From the NCBI RefSeq assembly GCF_009914755.1, contig NC_060927.1: a stretch of 64,000 nt of DNA; one strand, given 5' to 3'. The notes under the pieces were generated by a model, which saw nothing but the letters and a program-made list of their open reading frames with translations, ran no database searches and was not told where the DNA came from. The stretch comes from the human T2T-CHM13v2.0 reference genome, Homo sapiens. Each line of letters opens with the position of its first letter. Within the stretch, counting starts at the first letter, position 1. Shown here one piece after another: positions 57,681-64,000 of the stretch. The translations under genes and the position numbers were made by a program.

Positions 57681-59459
57681 TATTGCCTCGACCAGTTAGT
57701 TCATTTATTACCTTTGTATATTGTAAAGAATGAAAGGAATCATTACAGAGATGGCTAAACCAAAAAACTAACAAGCGCTCCATTAAGTTTGGTTATTTCA
57801 GCTATTACTGTCACTGTCATCATCATTGTTACCCACAGGCAAGCAGGTAAAGGTTCAAACGGAAAGAGCTGTGGAAGGTTTTATCATCAAGGCAATGGGG
57901 AGCTACAGAAGTATTTTACAGAAGGCATTCAGCCAGCTGATGTCACACCATTGAGGCTCCTTCACTGCCTTCATTGGTTAGTCTTCTTGTCTCCTATATT
58001 TGCTTACACTCAGAAAGCTGAAGCCCACCTTCTTCTCAGAAGCAAACACAGTTTTTTCTTAGAAGGCTGTCCTGTGTACCCTCTGGCAATAATTTCTGCC
58101 CTGGATACGAACCATCACAACATTGGTCAAGCCCTGTCTTATAATAAACTGGTTTCCATCAAGCTGAGTAGAAGACAAATTAATTGTCAGAAACTCACAA
58201 GGAAAGCAACCAAGTAAAATGAATACATTGCATATTTAGCTTACTGCAAGAACAGTAGTAAGAGCAAGGATATTGGAGTTAAACAGACCTGGTTAAAATC
58301 TCCAACTCTACCTATCACTTTCTTTGTAGAGAAGAAACAACTGAGATTCAGAAAGGTAAAAGTAGCATGCCCTTCTGTAAAGTAGTCATATTAAAGAAGT
58401 CTACAGTGTAAGGATGATGTGAAGAATAAATGAAATACAGTAAAGTGCCTGGCACATTTTTTTAAAGTCAAAATATGATAGCTATCAACATTATAATAAT
58501 TTTCAGCAATTAAGAAAAAATGGCACACAGGAAGACATTTCCTGTTTTTCTTTGGAAGACATCAAGTGGAAAAAATACTTTTTGCTGTCTACTCAAATTT
58601 TTAATTGTGATCACTTCAAATTCTTTACATAACTGGCATTCCATTGCCATTATCATTTTTCATATCCTTGTCATCCTGAAGAGATGCTTTCCTCTCTGAG
58701 CTTTCCAGCAGCAAAACTTGAAAGCCAGAGAGAATACCTAATTGGGCATTGTTAATTGGCACTACATAGGCTTGATTAGATCAGCTTTAGTCACTAACCA
58801 TCAAGACACAGAAAGAGTTGTATCCTCAATGAAGTGTTGTCAATTAAACGTGTCGCCATTTGACCTCCAGTCAAAGTATTCCATGCAAAACAGTGTTGGT
58901 AGAACAAGCAACCAGTTCAGAGACTATGAAACCAGAGATCAGGACAAATAGAAAAAGACAACAACCTACGCACATCTGCAACATACACCCCAGGCCAAAA
59001 ATGAGTTCACTAAAATCATCTCTTCTGATTACATCTCAAGTGCTAAATCAATATAGTAAGTCAGCAAGTCAGCAGCCCAAAGTAAAGCAAGTTTTTCTCA
59101 TCTTGAGAAAAACTCTCATGAAGTAATTTAATTCAAGGCTTATTTACTCAAGGTGCTGAAAATTAAGATGACAAATCCCACTCAACAGTAACTCGTCTCT
59201 TCATTCAGTATTTACCAAATTGATTCACATGTACTAAATGTCACTGTTTCTATTTATTTAAAGATCTGATCTCTCCCAAAACTCAAATTTCTGTTTTTAT
59301 TTAACATTGCCTCTTGCCCCAATCCTGAACGGTATTAGAAAAGAAAAAAAAATCCCATATATGAAATGCAATTTTTGTCTGAATAAGACGACTTAACCAT
59401 CCTTTAGAAAAACAAGCTAAAAGGACAGAGGAAAAAATTAACTCTAATATGAGTTGGGG

Positions 59460-59744
<285 letters not shown>

Positions 59745-62093
59745 AAAATAGATTTTATATAGAAGTAGACAACAACCTAGACATTGATAATTATATTATT
59801 GGACTCTGAGTTGGTATAACTTGGGTCTGGATAACTCCAAAGTCTTTGCTCTTAATTGCTATTTTTATACGCAGTAGCCTAAGTATGCAACGTCTTCACT
59901 AAATTTTGTTCCTTTCTTAGTGAGTTTCTGAAAATAACCAGTACTCATGGTTAGGTTTTCACTCAGTTTAATAGGAACCAGTTTATTAGAATTTACATAT
60001 ATTTTAGTAGAAAACACTGTAAGACATATCTGACAAACTTATAAATATGTAAGACTCTCAAACACAGTATCACTTAAGAGAACAATATTTAGAGCGATTT
60101 AAAAAGTCTAAGCAAAACCTTACTCTGTGGTCTTTTTTTAGTCTATCAGCTGAATTTTAACAATGCTTTTACAAATATTTTCTTTTCATTCTTTACCACA
60201 AGTGTTATTCTAATTATAATGCAGTTTTATAGCAATTTTTATAGATCCCCAATAGTCACATGCTAGATAATAAACATTCTTGGAAGCAGTAGGTCTAAAG
60301 GGAAAAAAATCAAATCATTAAGAAAAGCATAATCTAAATAGAATACACATTTTTAATTAAGCAAGCTTTGTAAAATGTGGTTCACTTAATTTTCTTAGAG
60401 ATGGCTTTCTGAAAACATATTTACACAAAGTAATGCTCACAAGACATATTTCAGAGCCATAATAGGAATCATAGTAAATGTCTGAAATGTTAATCAAATA
60501 TATTGACAAAAGTAAGTTATTTTCAACTATTTTTTAAAAACAGTTCAGTGATGAGTCAACTATTTGTGTTACTGAGCTGGTTTTTATTCAGCATTGCTCT
60601 TTTCTAAAATATAATACTTTCCTAAATGCTAAATGTATCACTGATACTGCAATGAGATGACTACTACAATGATCATCTATTTGGAGTCAATAATATTGGA
60701 CTTGCAGAAACTGATTTCTGTGGTTCACTGACTGGAGCAAAATTGGAATATCCAGTTCTCAGCACAACTGCATCGTGTAATATGTAGCATGGCAATCACC
60801 TTCCCTGAGAGTTGATAGAATTCCTAATTGAGAAAGTTAAATTGTATTTCAGAATTTCAGATTTACCTATTACCAGAAGGCAAGGAGAAGGCAAAGTGGA
60901 AGGCAAGAGAAGAGTCAAAAGGTATTGTGTAAAGATGAACTTTAATAAAGAATATACAATTATATAGAGATAAGTTAGAGGCCTTGGTGCCAATTTCTCA
61001 AAGGAAATGAGCTCACTTCTATGTTTGCGTTACGACTTCAGAACCCAAACATAAAAATAGAGAGTTACCAATCTTCAATCATTACTATGATATCACCTAT
61101 AGAATGACACATATTTCCTCAAGTTGTAACTGGGTCAATGGGAATAAGATGATACTGTAATAATTCTCCATATGTCAAAAGGCATCTTTGAGACTGAAAT
61201 AATTATTTCAGCTTTCAACATGTCTGACATGGACTTTTCAAATTTGGGACAGAGAGTTTCAAACACACAGCACATTAGAATAAACCATTTCACCATTGGT
61301 CACATCATTTGACTGAATGAGACTGGAGATACATGGCTCTCCAGTAGACTGCTGCCCATCAGAGATTTGAATCGTGTATGTCTAAAACAGCCACTTTCAA
61401 GTATAAGTACAAGACAGAAATAGAACCATCTCCAGGACAAGGATTTTATGATACAAATAGGAAGTTATCCAGGGAGATATTATTTCAAATCAAGAAATTC
61501 TTGACTGATAAGGCTTTCATGTAAGTTTTAAATCTAAAACTTCCCTTTGAATATGATTCCCTATTATGAAAAAAAATCCTTTCTTTGGATACTGTGGGGG
61601 CATGATAAAGCCATTTTGAAGAGTTTGATTATTTAAAAATGATAATATCTTAACAAAAAATGTATTTATGCTTTCGACGGAATAATTTTAATTTTAGTCC
61701 CTATAAAAATTCCTAAATTAAAGTTTATTAAATCACAGTTTTTTCATATTTGCCATATGCTTAAAAATATTGTATATTTATTACTATATTATGGGCCACA
61801 TTAAAATCTGTAATATAAATTAGGCTACTCCTCTGATCTTGTCACTAATCTTACTTACTGCTTTCATAACCGTTAATACACATTTTGTTGGTGATAAAAT
61901 TTTTAAAGGTAAATAAAAATTATCTCTAGAAAAACCCAATTCAGTTGTAACATCTTACTATTCTCAGTAAAAGATACAATCTTGCTCTTTTCATGTAGTT
62001 TAATACTAGTAAGCCAATCTTACATTGTGTCAATTATATTAAAAGATATATTTCTACAAAAAAGCCTTAGGACAGAACTCCCTAACACTGATG

Positions 62094-62095
<2 letters not shown>

Positions 62096-62127
<32 letters not shown>
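62096..62127. repeat. A32 homopolymer
   Basis: Read directly from the sequence. Confidence 0.95.
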
Positions 62128-62129
<2 letters not shown>

Positions 62130-62527
62130 CCCATGTGACATCATTCAACACCTGTAACTAATTAAAGAATTTCTAACATTGTAAGAATGAAACCACAGGA
62201 CATTAAACAAATCTTTTGCAAATGAAGCCACTTGAAGAAATGACAGTTTTTCAGAAAAATACAAGTTTCTTCAAAAGAACAAACTTCCAGAAGAAATCTC
62301 TACTGATTAATTACAGGACAAAGCAATCCTATTATGATATACATTGACAGTAAAAATACCTGTGTAACACTTGTAATTTCAAGAGGTGCTGGAAACAGTC
62401 ATGGAAGATGAAAAGCATTTATGAAAGCCAAAAGTATTTCTACTGTATTATGTGTATGTATTTAAAGGAAGTTAAGGAAAACTAGCTATAAAAAAATCAT
62501 GTCTCCCCCTGATTTTCAAACGAAAGA

Positions 62528-63268
62528 TGTGAGTCAGCCAGGGTTCAATTAAGGAGGCAGAACTACTATGACTTATAGACAAGGGATTTATTATAGGAAT
62601 CGAAGCTTGCACACTTACAAGAGGAGCTGAGAAAAGGCACGTCTAAAAGTGAGGTTGGAGGGTCCTAGGAGTCCCCAGCCAGCCAAGCAGAGGAATCAGC
62701 ACCTCCAGATGGAGAAGTGGATGGCAAAGGAGGAGCTGGGGAAAAGGACTTGGGACTTGCTGCCAAGTGCTACAGTTTGGATGCTTGTCCCCACAAAATC
62801 TCTCGTTGAAATCTGACCTCCAGTGTTGGAGGACAGGCCTAATGGGAGGTGCTTGGGTCACGGGAGACGATCCCTTATGAATAGATTACCTGGAACTTAA
62901 AAGAAAATTAAATTTAAAAATAAATAAATAAATGAATTACCCATCCTCAGGTACTCTTTTACAGCAACACTAAATAGACTAAGACACCAAGCATCTCAGG
63001 ATGGGCCTGGGTCCATATGGCTCAGCAGGATCAGCACTTGGGACAAACAGCTGCACACAATGCAGAGAAGAGCAAGAAAAGGCTGGAGCCTCTTGCTAAC
63101 ATCTCCACATCTGTCTGTCACTACCTAATCACAATGAACTGCAGGGAGTAATCACAAATTCTGTGCAAACTCCTCTTTTAGTCAACTCAAACCCAAAACT
63201 ACACAGGGAAGGGGATTCTGGAAAACGTAGTTCCAGCTAAACAAGGTGACACAGTACAAGTCATCACA
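62528..63268. mobile_element. Old ERVL LTR (MLT2-like) with a nested MaLR LTR
   Basis: tgtgagtcagccagggttc...gggatttattataggaat start; ggggattctggaaaacgtagttcc...tcaca end. Confidence 0.6.
62768..62986 (+). mobile_element. Internally deleted MST-type MaLR LTR
   Basis: tgctacagtttggatg...agcaacactaaatagactaagaca; perfect 5-bp TSD CCAAG at 62763-62767 and 62987-62991. Confidence 0.85.
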
Positions 63269-64000
63269 CCTGATAGCTATAACATCTGACAGCAGAGCCC
63301 ACAAGTGTTGCGGGTTGAAAATGAACAGCTCTGAAACGTTTCTGAGTTGCTTGAGAATCCACCTCTCCTTTAGTTGCATATTATTGAAGGCTACTTGACA
63401 TTAAGGGGATTCTCTCGTCGACCATAACCAGTGATGAGGAAGGGAAGAACAAAAGGTGGCAACAGCCAGAACAGCTCTTGGTGTGCACACACTCATATCC
63501 TGCTGGTGGAACATAAACTCATGAAGGTTTCATTTTCAGAGCCAATTGGAATGACCATGAAATTTAAAATGTATGCAATATATACACTGTCTGGCTGCAC
63601 CTATATTTAAAGATGTTCGTTTCACTTTTACAGCAATATTACTAATTTCAGAGATCATCTACCTTCTTGAATAGAAATCTTGTATTTTCCTTATTTTCTG
63701 TTATTTAAATCTGTTCCTCTCTCAGACCCTCCTCCATTGGTGATAGGCGCCCTCACAGGCAATCACAACTACTGTCCAGAATCTTTGCCCTGCTGTCTGT
63801 TCACTGCCATCATTCACTGCCTATGGTCTCTGGACCATACTCCTGCCAGTTTTCACACTAAACCTGAGACCTCTGTGCCTGCAAATCACCAAGCCCTGCT
63901 GCCCAGTCGTCTTCTTCTCATTTAGACACATCATCCATCAGGAACCCTTCACCTCTCCAACCTGTTCTGCTCTTTATAGGAACTCATTCTCCAGACAGCC

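Noticed and set aside
57789-58217. 142-aa plus-strand ORF
   Set aside because: Non-ATG start, no recognisable domain or splice context; compatible with chance in 64 kb.

Overview
Human/primate genomic DNA, AT-rich and dense in repeats, with no prokaryotic features. The window lies inside SUCLG2 (GDP-forming succinyl-CoA ligase beta subunit) on the minus strand. Six consecutive coding exons (canonical exons 4-9; 91, 153, 90, 97, 162 and 143 nt) have GT-AG boundaries and splice into one open frame, PNVVGQLAKQ...KLLTADPK. The first ~23 kb is part of the long intron after exon 9. Intron 6 carries an antisense processed pseudogene of NDUFB4. The rest is Alu, MIR, L1, L2, solo LTRs and DNA-transposon relics; subfamily names come from recalled consensus sequences and need RepeatMasker/Dfam confirmation. 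I found no demonstrably new biological system. The best leads are (1) a flip in Alu orientation around exons 8-9, predicting a 402-nt exon 7-9 circular RNA with a stop-free, endlessly open frame; (2) an unexplained 85-nt hairpin with a 31-bp stem in intron 7; and (3) an NDUFB4 retrocopy that appears to preserve a pre-human ancestral protein sequence.
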